Below, piece after piece: positions 1-7,550 of a stretch of 64,000 bases of DNA. Source of the DNA: a virus. The DNA is taken from the IMG/VR virus record IMGVR_UViG_3300034068_000286, positions 1 to 64,000 of that record, one strand, 5' to 3'. Below the pieces are notes generated by a model. That model did not search any database, was not told where the DNA came from, and saw nothing but the letters and a program-made list of their open reading frames with translations. The position numbers were made by a program, and so were the translations under genes. Each line of letters begins with the position of its first letter. Positions within the stretch are counted from its first letter, which is position 1.

Positions 1-55
1 ATTCCTGTTCTACGTTAACGCTTCCCATACCTTCTTGTAATTGTTTGTTTTTCAT
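1..55 (-). CDS. 5' part of a gene running off the window (MKNKQLQEG...), possible internal head protein
   Basis: ATG at 55 with AGGA upstream; frame open to the window edge; LQE-G resembles a prohead-protease site. Confidence 0.45.
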   Translation of the reverse strand, partial: MKNKQLQEGMGSVNVEQE

Positions 56-70
56 AATATTTTCCTATTT

Positions 71-715
71 TTACCACTTACGGCACGACCAATAACGTGC
101 TTTTGTTCTTGGACCCGGTGTCTTGCAATTATGTCTGGCCCTAAAACTACGTCTACGAGCTGGGTTTGACTTCTTGATACGCATGTTAGGGTCACCAAAG
201 TTGACTTTCTTAACATTGCCAGTACCGGGATCTTTAACGTATACTTTAAACTTCTTAACATCACCACGCATGGGACGACCTAGTGGTACTTCGCGTCCTT
301 GGTATTGTGCTTCTTTGACCTGTTGTTGTCCATCTGCAGGAGCATCTGTGGGGAAGAACTTGTCAATTTGATCACGCATGGTACTGGTAGTTACATCACC
401 TGTTAGTGCGCTACTGTAACGTGGGTCTTGCGCTTCTCGACTGTTACGTGGAATGTAGCCACTAGATTCTTCTACACAGCTACCCTTTTCTCCACGCTTC
501 TTACCCGGGACTTTCTTGTAACCAGTCCAGCACTTGTCGTAGATTTTACTGTTGCCATGTGCTTCGTCTAATACAGTATAACCTGTGTCACTGAACTCGT
601 AGATGTAACCATCGTCTGTTTCACCTACAATTAAGCCTTCGACCACTGTGTCTGGGTCAGTTTCGAACTCTACAATGTCACCAACCCTGGGTTGGTCTAA
701 ATCACTAATCTTCAT
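71..715 (-). CDS. T4-like phage internal head / prohead-core type protein
   Basis: CWTGYK-VPGK and VNFGDPNM...FRARHNC...KARYWSCRKW modules typical of T4-like phage hypotheticals; LDE-A and VKE-A candidate processing sites; late promoter upstream. Confidence 0.6.
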   Translation of the reverse strand: MKISDLDQPRVGDIVEFETDPDTVVEGLIVGETDDGYIYEFSDTGYTVLDEAHGNSKIYDKCWTGYKKVPGKKRGEKGSCVEESSGYIPRNSREAQDPRYSSALTGDVTTSTMRDQIDKFFPTDAPADGQQQVKEAQYQGREVPLGRPMRGDVKKFKVYVKDPGTGNVKKVNFGDPNMRIKKSNPARRRSFRARHNCKTPGPRTKARYWSCRKW

Positions 716-746
716 TAAAAAAGCCTCCGCAGTATTTAGCAGAGGC
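716..746 (-). promoter_or_regulatory. Hairpin carrying late promoter TAAATA in the loop and SD GGAGG in the 3' arm, followed by a U-tract
   Basis: Minus strand GCCTCTGC-TAAATACT-GCGGAGGC-TTTTTT-AATG. Confidence 0.7.
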
Positions 747-753
747 CGATAGT

Positions 754-837
754 TTACTTTTTGTCTTCATCCTTAAAGCGTTCAGGGAAGTTTAATCTTT
801 CCCATTCTTCGTCGCTTACCGGCCACCAGTTAGTCAT
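754..837 (-). CDS. 27-aa micro-protein MTNWWPVSDEEWERLNFPERFKDEDKK
   Basis: Read by hand; ATGA overlap with the upstream ORF. Confidence 0.6.
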   Translation of the reverse strand: MTNWWPVSDEEWERLNFPERFKDEDKK

Positions 838-935
838 ATCCAACCACGAAACTCTTCGGCTCCAATGCCGGGATGTACTTCCCAACCATTTCTGGCCCAG
901 CGGAAAAACATAATAAGATCACCGATAAGTTTCAT
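834..935 (-). CDS. 33-aa micro-protein MKLIGDLIMFFRWARNGWEVHPGIGAEEFRGWI
   Basis: Read by hand; ATGA overlaps on both sides. Confidence 0.6.
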   Translation of the reverse strand: MKLIGDLIMFFRWARNGWEVHPGIGAEEFRGWI

Positions 936-1015
936 TTTACCTTGCCTGCTTTGTATACTCGATATTCTTGAATTATTTCGGCAATGTTTTTAAAAAATTG
1001 TTTAATTGCGTTCAT
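932..1015 (-). CDS. 27-aa amphipathic micro-protein MNAIKQFFKNIAEIIQEYRVYKAGKVK
   Basis: Read by hand; GGAG SD upstream; ATGA overlap downstream. Confidence 0.6.
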   Translation of the reverse strand: MNAIKQFFKNIAEIIQEYRVYKAGKVK

Positions 1016-1190
1016 GATTTTTACTCCAATAGTTACTGTTGCGTTCATAGCGTCCAGATAGTTCACGCTGGCGGCTTTCTAAATCAGCATGGTTCTGTGC
1101 TGAGTTTAAGTATTGTTCTTCCCACCAATTTAGCGTTTTTTGTTCACCAAATTGGGAGAAGAAGTTGATTATCTTCTCCCACATAAGCAA
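1002..1190 (-). CDS. DUF3563-like small protein
   Basis: EEQYLNSAQNHADLESRQREL resembles the E-x-YL-x-x-A...DLE-x-R-x-R-x-L pattern of the family. Confidence 0.6.
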   Translation of the reverse strand: MLMWEKIINFFSQFGEQKTLNWWEEQYLNSAQNHADLESRQRELSGRYERNSNYWSKNHERN

Positions 1191-1433
1191 TTACTCGCTT
1201 ACCTTGGATTTCTTTGCAGTGGCCTTTTGAGCAAATGCTTCAAAGCCAGGCAACGGTTTGATGTTGCTGTAGGCTTCTGTAAGTTGGTCACGCATTGTAG
1301 CGGCAACTTTACTGTTGGTGTCAACAACAACCTTGCTGAATTCTACAGCGGCAGTAGTTAGTTGTGTAGCAACTTCACGGGCAAATGCCTGGTTAGCTTC
1401 TACGGTCTTTTGAAAATTTTGAAAATCGAACAT
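1191..1433 (-). CDS. Phasin-like (PHA granule-associated) protein
   Basis: 80-aa amphipathic helical Ala/Gln/Thr-rich protein with a KA-rich tail; AGGAG SD; PhaR-box-like site upstream. Confidence 0.55.
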   Translation of the reverse strand: MFDFQNFQKTVEANQAFAREVATQLTTAAVEFSKVVVDTNSKVAATMRDQLTEAYSNIKPLPGFEAFAQKATAKKSKVSE

Positions 1434-1490
1434 GCTTATTCTCCTTGTATGTTAAGCGAGTACAGTAGCCTCATCATGAGCACTACCACT
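1434..1490 (-). promoter_or_regulatory. ROSE-like RNA thermometer candidate in the phasin leader
   Basis: GTAGTGCTC-ATGAT-GAGGCTAC hairpin, then CTCGCT...AAGGAG...ATG; same layout as the Hsp20 leader. Confidence 0.5.
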
Positions 1491-1532
1491 AGTGAAAACA
1501 CTATTAGTGTTTCTACTAGTATAACATTATAT

Positions 1533-1549
1533 ATGTTGCGATGCAACAT
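1533..1549. promoter_or_regulatory. PhaR-box-like perfect inverted repeat ATGTTGC-GAT-GCAACAT
   Basis: Contains TGC-R-N-Y-GCA; lies 100 bp upstream of the phasin-like gene. Confidence 0.55.
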
Positions 1550-1583
1550 CAATGTGTACCGTTTTAACGGGTTTTACAGGAGT

Positions 1584-2597
1584 TTAGTGACCATTCACTA
1601 ATTTTGCAAATTCACCACTGGCCAAGTTCTTGCCCTTGCTTTCACATTGGATATCAAAGTTATCGGCAAAGGTAGCGGCCCAAGAATTTACAGCGTGATT
1701 CCAGTAAAAGTCACTGTGTGCTCTAAGCTTTTGCTTTTTGTAGCCTAGCGATAAAAGGGAGGCCATGTCTGGGAGCTCGTCTCGGGCATGATCATTGAGT
1801 ACATCTTCGCGAGAAACACTATAATGCATAGCAGGACGGACACCGCGCCAACTGTCAATAACCCGTTTAACACGTACATCGTCAGGATGTATATATTCTC
1901 CCGAATTGATCCAGTGGTGATGGATGTCCAAAACGATTGGGCATAAGTCTGCAAGTTCGAGACAAGTTTCAAGATTGTGTGAGTTTTCTTCATTTTCAAT
2001 AGTTATGCAGTTACGAGCCTCTGGGCTTAGCCGATTATATGCCCGACGAATACCTTCGGGTCCTTGTTGTCCACTAATGTGTACATTGATCTTAAAGTCC
2101 TGGAATTTCTGTCCATAGCCCATCCAACGTGCTAGATCAGCGTGATACTCAAATTCCAAGATACTACGCTCTACAATGCCAGGATTTACTGAAGCTAGTA
2201 CGCAGAACTGTCCAGGATGGAAACTGAGTCTAACACCTAGTCTACGTGCGGCTTCGCCCACAGGAGCAAAGATCTTTGCACAATGATCTTGTACGTCCAG
2301 TTGCTTCCAAAACGGAATCCATTCTTCATGTGTGTAGCCCTGTAGCATTTCACTACCCAAGCGCACCATGCGTCTATGTTCAGGTAGTGCGGCCACACGT
2401 TCTACTAGCAATAGGGCCGCACGTGCATTGTGGTTCATAATATCCCACTGCCGTTGTTCAGCCTCGCTCTTGTGTTCACGCAACCAGCGCATGGTGGTAC
2501 TACGACCGTTTAAGTCTCGGTCCACAGCACTGACTTTCATACCAGCTACTTCACTTGGATCATTGATCCACTTGCAACAAAAACCTACTCGGCCCAT
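1584..2597 (-). CDS. uvsE: UV damage endonuclease UvsE/UVDE
   Basis: GFCC, RLSFHPGQFCVL, INVH, ITIENEE, LDIHHH and AHSD motifs; start moved to MGRVG with AGGAG SD. Confidence 0.92.
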   Translation of the reverse strand: MGRVGFCCKWINDPSEVAGMKVSAVDRDLNGRSTTMRWLREHKSEAEQRQWDIMNHNARAALLLVERVAALPEHRRMVRLGSEMLQGYTHEEWIPFWKQLDVQDHCAKIFAPVGEAARRLGVRLSFHPGQFCVLASVNPGIVERSILEFEYHADLARWMGYGQKFQDFKINVHISGQQGPEGIRRAYNRLSPEARNCITIENEENSHNLETCLELADLCPIVLDIHHHWINSGEYIHPDDVRVKRVIDSWRGVRPAMHYSVSREDVLNDHARDELPDMASLLSLGYKKQKLRAHSDFYWNHAVNSWAATFADNFDIQCESKGKNLASGEFAKLVNGH

Positions 2598-2619
2598 ACA
2601 TTCTCCTGATGTGTATGCT

Positions 2620-2648
2620 ATTATAAATGAAAACAGCGGTTGTGTCAA
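2620..2648 (-). promoter_or_regulatory. sigma70 promoter for uvsE
   Basis: TTGACA-17 bp-TATAAT. Confidence 0.8.
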
Positions 2649-2661
2649 CCGCTGTATATAG

Positions 2662-2878
2662 TGCCACGAAGCAAGGGAAACGAAAACAGTCAAATATCAG
2701 CAATCAAACATCTGGTATCAAACATACGCTTTTTGCTCAGATATATCATCAAATATCATTTTAATAGTTTTATATCTGAGCAAAGCTAGTTGAGTTAGTT
2801 TTTCAAGACTAATTCAGGATTTGTTTATCGCATGAAGCGATACTGTATTTTCGCTTTTACCTTGGACCAAGTGTGGCA
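2662..2878 (-). ncRNA. Putative multi-branched structured RNA downstream of the coiled-coil gene
   Basis: Terminal TGCCAC/GTGGCA pairing; long closing stem 2672-2690 with 2842-2864; three internal hairpins; four ATRTTTGA repeats. Confidence 0.55.
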
Positions 2879-2881
2879 GTC

Positions 2882-3460
2882 TTAGTCTAGCCCAAGTTCA
2901 GTTAGCACAAGTGCTACCTGTTCGGGTACTTCAATATCTGTGCGGACGTTGATACTGACCATTTCGTCCTTAATCTTGCGTCGACGTCGTCGAATTGCTT
3001 CCAGTTCTTTTTTGGCTTCTGCAATGGCCTCTGCTGGCACAACGTTGACGTCCAAGCTGTAGTCACGACCGTAAATGCTTACCCGTTCGTTGTTGCTATT
3101 GGCCTTGCGGCTTTCAATTTCTGCTGCCAAGGCATCCAAGTTGGGACGAACAGCAGATTCGCTGTAGGCTTTTAACCTAGACTCAGCACTGGCCAACATG
3201 GCTTCTTCAGCCAGGTAATCAGTGATGCCTACTTCGGCATTTTTCTTGGCTACCACACCACGTAGGAACTTGTTTGCGTTAAGCAAACGACCAGCCTGAG
3301 CATGATTTGCTTTTACCTTGGCCAGCTGTTCTTCTAACTGGGCATGTACATTTGTTTCAAACAAGCTGATTTTTGCTGTTGTTTCTTCTGTGCCCAAACG
3401 CTTGATTTCATCAGTGATTGTTTGCTGGACCACACTGGCCTTGCGTAAATTGATTTTCAT
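2882..3460 (-). CDS. Hypothetical coiled-coil protein
   Basis: 192-aa helical ORF with AGGA SD and its own sigma70 promoter. Confidence 0.75.
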   Translation of the reverse strand: MKINLRKASVVQQTITDEIKRLGTEETTAKISLFETNVHAQLEEQLAKVKANHAQAGRLLNANKFLRGVVAKKNAEVGITDYLAEEAMLASAESRLKAYSESAVRPNLDALAAEIESRKANSNNERVSIYGRDYSLDVNVVPAEAIAEAKKELEAIRRRRRKIKDEMVSINVRTDIEVPEQVALVLTELGLD

Positions 3461-3491
3461 GGAGTTCCTTAGAGTTTAATGTCTATGTGCT

Positions 3492-3520
3492 AGTATAGCA
3501 AAAGACACGGTCATTGTCAA
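3492..3520 (-). promoter_or_regulatory. sigma70 promoter
   Basis: TTGACA-17 bp-TATACT. Confidence 0.75.
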
Positions 3521-3536
3521 GACTTATTTGTCCAGA

Positions 3537-4352
3537 TTATGCAGGTGGAGGAATTAGTGCAAGCAAAGCGGCAATATCGTATTCATCTGCCAGTGCTATC
3601 CATCCGCCATCGGTATACACTTTAATTTTGCCAGGTGGTCCAGAGCTTATTGGATTCTTTTCAACTGTATTAAAGTACATGGTACCAACTTCACTTGTTG
3701 TTGGATCAGTTGCATAACACGGAAGTTTTGGTAAGCCTGTTACCACTTCTTTTGTTTCGTGTAGATGAACAAGAATATTACCATTCAATGGTACGGAGTC
3801 GCGGTCGTCAAAATTTCTAATTGGATCTATGTATAGACCTTTTTTTGCCGCTGTGATTTCAGAGTCACTTGTACTAATAACAATACTAGATCCCACTTGC
3901 CCATTGGCACCAGCTCGGTTTCCAATTGCGATAGAGTTCGCACCTTGTGCAGTTTGACCTGCCGTTTCACCAATGGCAATAGCACCAGCACCTTGTGCAG
4001 TTTGACCTGCATTTTCACCAATGGCAATGGCCAGCGTGGATTGCGTACTTTTCCCTGCACTGGTACCAACAGCAATGGCTTTTGCACCCTGTGATGTTCT
4101 ACCAGCTTGGTCACCAATGGCAATGGCAAATGTAGACTGTGCAGATTGCCCAGCTGATACTCCAATACAAATAGCATTAAGTGCTTGTGTTTCTTCTCCA
4201 GCACGGTCGCCAATGGCAATGGCCCATTGTGCCTGCGCTGAATAGCCAGCCTTGCGCCCTACAGATACTGTATTCTCAGTATTGCTTTCTTCTCCAGCGT
4301 ATCGTCCGATTGTTACGGAGTCTAGGTTATGTCTACGTCTTCTTCTGTACAT
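3537..4352 (-). CDS. YadA-head-like repeat protein (trimeric adhesin / fibre)
   Basis: About ten 14-aa repeats of AIAIG-x-x-AG-x-x-x-Q-x. Confidence 0.8.
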   Translation of the reverse strand: MYRRRRRHNLDSVTIGRYAGEESNTENTVSVGRKAGYSAQAQWAIAIGDRAGEETQALNAICIGVSAGQSAQSTFAIAIGDQAGRTSQGAKAIAVGTSAGKSTQSTLAIAIGENAGQTAQGAGAIAIGETAGQTAQGANSIAIGNRAGANGQVGSSIVISTSDSEITAAKKGLYIDPIRNFDDRDSVPLNGNILVHLHETKEVVTGLPKLPCYATDPTTSEVGTMYFNTVEKNPISSGPPGKIKVYTDGGWIALADEYDIAALLALIPPPA

Positions 4353-4360
4353 AATGATAT

Positions 4361-4819
4361 TTATTCCCCATCTGCTAAAACTTTTGGCTTTTTTGGTAAA
4401 GTAAATTTACCATAGCTTTTTAAGATTGGCATACCGGTTGGGTCGTTGGCTCTTATTTCCCCATCTAGCTCTATTGTATCACCTACACTGCGTGGAACAA
4501 CTTTGCAGAATAACCAGCGTTTGATCCTAGCAGGATGTACAAACTTATTATCCAGTTGCATTGTATATGCGGCACCACCCCCGGTTAGATCCCAGATGGC
4601 GGCACTCATGCAGTAGTCCATGTAGGTCATTAGTGCGCCACCATGCGTTACACCTTGGCTGTTACGGTGGTGTATATTGTTGATCCAGGCAAAGTTGCTC
4701 TCACTATGATCTGGTGTGAACTTGTACCACGTGGCCATGGTCCTACTTACAAAGTCATCCCACTTTTCACTGCGGCGAGTATAGCCTAGTAGCTCTAGTG
4801 CGGCAGGGGAATATTTCAT
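4361..4819 (-). CDS. PaaI-family hotdog thioesterase
   Basis: HRNSQGVTHGGALMTYMD motif. Confidence 0.85.
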   Translation of the reverse strand: MKYSPAALELLGYTRRSEKWDDFVSRTMATWYKFTPDHSESNFAWINNIHHRNSQGVTHGGALMTYMDYCMSAAIWDLTGGGAAYTMQLDNKFVHPARIKRWLFCKVVPRSVGDTIELDGEIRANDPTGMPILKSYGKFTLPKKPKVLADGE

Positions 4820-5199
4820 TAGCCTTTGAGTATGTTACGGAAATAACTAAGTGCGGCTTCATGCACCTGTTGTTCAGTTGCGTCATCAGGAACATCCAAT
4901 ATCAAATCCTCTGTACTGGCTTCCAGTTCCCATTCAAGTCCTGCGGGGATAACTTGATCAATTTCATAACTTAGAATATCACCAGCCGCAGAACCTAGTT
5001 CACTGTGCTCAATGTTGGTACTGAGTTGGAACACATAGCACCACATCTCGTCGTCATTCATGTGCTCCAGTACATCATCAGATACAACAATTTCACCAAT
5101 TTCATCGTCAATGATTTCTGTAAGGTCTGTAAACTCTTGATCTGTAAGTTCACGTTCAACGCAAATTCTTACAAAGAATTTTGGTTCTAATTCTTCCAT
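4819..5199 (-). CDS. Hypothetical acidic protein
   Basis: ORF with TAATG coupling to the next gene and TAAATA upstream. Confidence 0.65.
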   Translation of the reverse strand: MEELEPKFFVRICVERELTDQEFTDLTEIIDDEIGEIVVSDDVLEHMNDDEMWCYVFQLSTNIEHSELGSAAGDILSYEIDQVIPAGLEWELEASTEDLILDVPDDATEQQVHEAALSYFRNILKG

Positions 5200-5253
5200 G
5201 ATATATCCTTTTTCTAGTGTTATTTACAATCTACGATTGGATTCAATTGCTCG

Positions 5254-6123
5254 TTATTTAAAATCAAAACCCATTTGCTTCAAGCTTTGTGTCACATACT
5301 TTTTATCATATGCCACAGCCATTCTTTCTATCAGCCGATCAACATAGTCTTTCTTGTACAGAGCAGGAGAGCCATTAAAAGTTTTATGTACTGTATTGTA
5401 TGGGTCTAATCTGTCCATGTCATCAAACGTCTTGTAAGAACCATGATGTAGCACAATATCTGTAGGGAGTCTTGGTTTAGGACGTTTAACCGCCTGCACA
5501 AATGCATTTGGGTAACCTACAGCCATTCCAAAGATGGGAAAGGTGAGAGGAGGTAAATTAAAGTTCTCAATGAAATGTTCTGCAGGAATTTGTCTCACAG
5601 CACCGCAATACATTACACCAAGTCCTTGACTTTCTGCGGCCAGTGCAAATGTTTGTGCGGCAATGGTAGCATCAATAATGGCCTTTAGGTGAAACTCTGC
5701 TCTTGATGTTTGTAGCAGTAAATCAGCATCAATGTTTCTTTCTGTGGCATGTGCTTGTAAAATACTATCTACTCGATGCAGGTCTGCTAACCATATTAAG
5801 AAAACTGCACAATCATTTAATGCAATAACATTATAAGAATCAACACTACCCATTATATTTTGTGAGTATGGTGTATTGATTAATCGTGCCTTGCTTTCTT
5901 TGTCAGCGAGTGCAATGACACTCCAGGTCTGTAGCATGCCGCTTGTTGGCGCACTTTGAGCGGCTGCTACTAGTAGTTCAAGTTGACCAGGTGCTAAGGG
6001 TTGGTCTGTAAATCCCCTGATAGTACTTCTGCCTAGTACCTGTTGTATAAAATCATTGGGAGGATATTTGCTATCTTCTACTGAACCACCAAAACGTTTT
6101 TGATAAGCCGACTTCTCGCTCAT
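5254..6123 (-). CDS. NfsA/Frp-family nitroreductase (flavin reductase)
   Basis: RSTIRGF, AAQSAPTS...QTWSVI, DATIAAQ, AESQGLG...CG, GMAVGYP, KPRLP. Confidence 0.9.
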   Translation of the reverse strand: MSEKSAYQKRFGGSVEDSKYPPNDFIQQVLGRSTIRGFTDQPLAPGQLELLVAAAQSAPTSGMLQTWSVIALADKESKARLINTPYSQNIMGSVDSYNVIALNDCAVFLIWLADLHRVDSILQAHATERNIDADLLLQTSRAEFHLKAIIDATIAAQTFALAAESQGLGVMYCGAVRQIPAEHFIENFNLPPLTFPIFGMAVGYPNAFVQAVKRPKPRLPTDIVLHHGSYKTFDDMDRLDPYNTVHKTFNGSPALYKKDYVDRLIERMAVAYDKKYVTQSLKQMGFDFK

Positions 6124-6146
6124 AAAATACTAGCCTTTGCTATTGT

Positions 6147-7139
6147 TTAAAAGGCACCACCATCGAGTTCAGCTATATCAATTGCTGTAGTAATTTCAGT
6201 ACTAATCTCTGTTCTTGCTGTGACAATGGCCGCACTGATTGCATCTTCTACATAATCTAGTGTTGCAAAGCCCTGCCCTGCAACAACGTCAGTAATTTGA
6301 TTGTCAACATAACCCTTCGTTGCCGCATGGCTATCACTTGTAGGGTCAGCTGGTAGTGTAAGTGTACCAGTTGTATTGAGTGTAACTTCAAAGCTACCAT
6401 TGGCCAATCTGTTGGTGGGCTGTGCTGAAATTATATCAAGTACACGCTGTTCTGTAAAGTACAGGTTGGTACCCTCGGCCAAATCAGAAGTTGTTTTAGT
6501 AGCCAATGCCGCATCAAAGCGAGCCTGTGTCCAATACAAGTTATCACCTTCGGCTAATGCAGTTGTTGTCTTGGCAGCAAATGCCGAATCAAATCTGGCT
6601 TGTGTGTAGTATAAATTGCTACCTTCAGTTGTGTCCGATGTTGACTTAGAACCCAATGCCGCATCAAAGCGAGCCTGTGTCCAATATAAGTTACTGCCTT
6701 CAGCTACATCTGAAGTTGTTTTGGCGGCCAATGCTGAGTCAAATCTAGCTTGTGTATAATACAGGTTAGTGTCTTCGGCTACATCTGAAGTTGTCTTGCT
6801 AGTTAGTGCGGTATCGAAGTAAGAGTTAAAATCGTTTGATGCTAATTTAGTACCAATCAGTGCTGTAATAGTTGTGGCAAAGTTTTCGTCATTGTCTAAT
6901 GCCGCTGCCAATTCGTTCAATGTATCCAACAGCGCAGGAGCACCATCAACCACTGCATCAACATAGGCCTTGCTGGCCAAGTTGCCAATTGCCACAATTG
7001 ATTCAGTTAGATTCTGTCCAGTAATTTTTTGTGTGATGCGGTCATTTACTAATACAAATTCATCAAGGCTATCAAATTGAACTGTCTCATCTAGTTCTGA
7101 TATTTTGGCAAACATTTTGCCCTGGAAAAAATTACTCAT
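6147..7139 (-). CDS. Virion fibre/structural protein with 25-aa repeats
   Basis: Five KTTSDxAEGxNLY(Y/W)TQARFDxAL repeats; LDTLNELAAAL and HAATKGYVD tail-fibre motifs. Confidence 0.8.
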   Translation of the reverse strand: MSNFFQGKMFAKISELDETVQFDSLDEFVLVNDRITQKITGQNLTESIVAIGNLASKAYVDAVVDGAPALLDTLNELAAALDNDENFATTITALIGTKLASNDFNSYFDTALTSKTTSDVAEDTNLYYTQARFDSALAAKTTSDVAEGSNLYWTQARFDAALGSKSTSDTTEGSNLYYTQARFDSAFAAKTTTALAEGDNLYWTQARFDAALATKTTSDLAEGTNLYFTEQRVLDIISAQPTNRLANGSFEVTLNTTGTLTLPADPTSDSHAATKGYVDNQITDVVAGQGFATLDYVEDAISAAIVTARTEISTEITTAIDIAELDGGAF

Positions 7140-7151
7140 TGCGGCCTCTCA

Positions 7152-7550
7152 TTATACTGACACACGAGTCAGTATTACATATATTGTATAGTTTGATTGA
7201 TTTGCACCATCTGGTAAACACTCAATCTTTAATGTTGAACTTGCTGATGTTAGCACAACGTTTGCACTAAAGTCTTCTTGGAATACATCTTCAATTCTGG
7301 TTATTGTTGTGCCTGTAATTGTGCCACGCAAGTGCCTTGCTACAATACCTGTTGTACTAGAAGCAAGAACTTTAATGTCATAAAACTCAACACCACTTAG
7401 ATCAATGTCTGTGCCATCTCTAGTCACAGCAAATTGGTTTGCTCCTGACGTAGATGCAGTCAAAGTAAAATGACGAACTTCAGCGCCAGAACCTTCACCT
7501 AAAGTAAATTGGTTAGAAGTAGTTCCTGCTGTGTTATTATATGTTTTCAT
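7152..7550 (-). CDS. Putative structural protein
   Basis: Thr/Ser-rich beta-type ORF inside the fibre operon. Confidence 0.6.
   Translation of the reverse strand: MKTYNNTAGTTSNQFTLGEGSGAEVRHFTLTASTSGANQFAVTRDGTDIDLSGVEFYDIKVLASSTTGIVARHLRGTITGTTITRIEDVFQEDFSANVVLTSASSTLKIECLPDGANQSNYTIYVILTRVSV

Noticed and set aside
2598-2693. N-terminal extension of UvsE (and similar extensions on clpA, infA, 62270)
   Set aside because: The uvsE extension overlaps its promoter and the others overlap promoters or upstream genes; better starts lie downstream
3880-4260. 42-bp DNA repeats
   Set aside because: Explained by the 14-aa YadA-head repeats
6440-6810. 75-bp periodic DNA repeats resembling a CRISPR or DGR template
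   Set aside because: In-frame coding repeats of a fibre protein with synonymous variation; no reverse transcriptase seen
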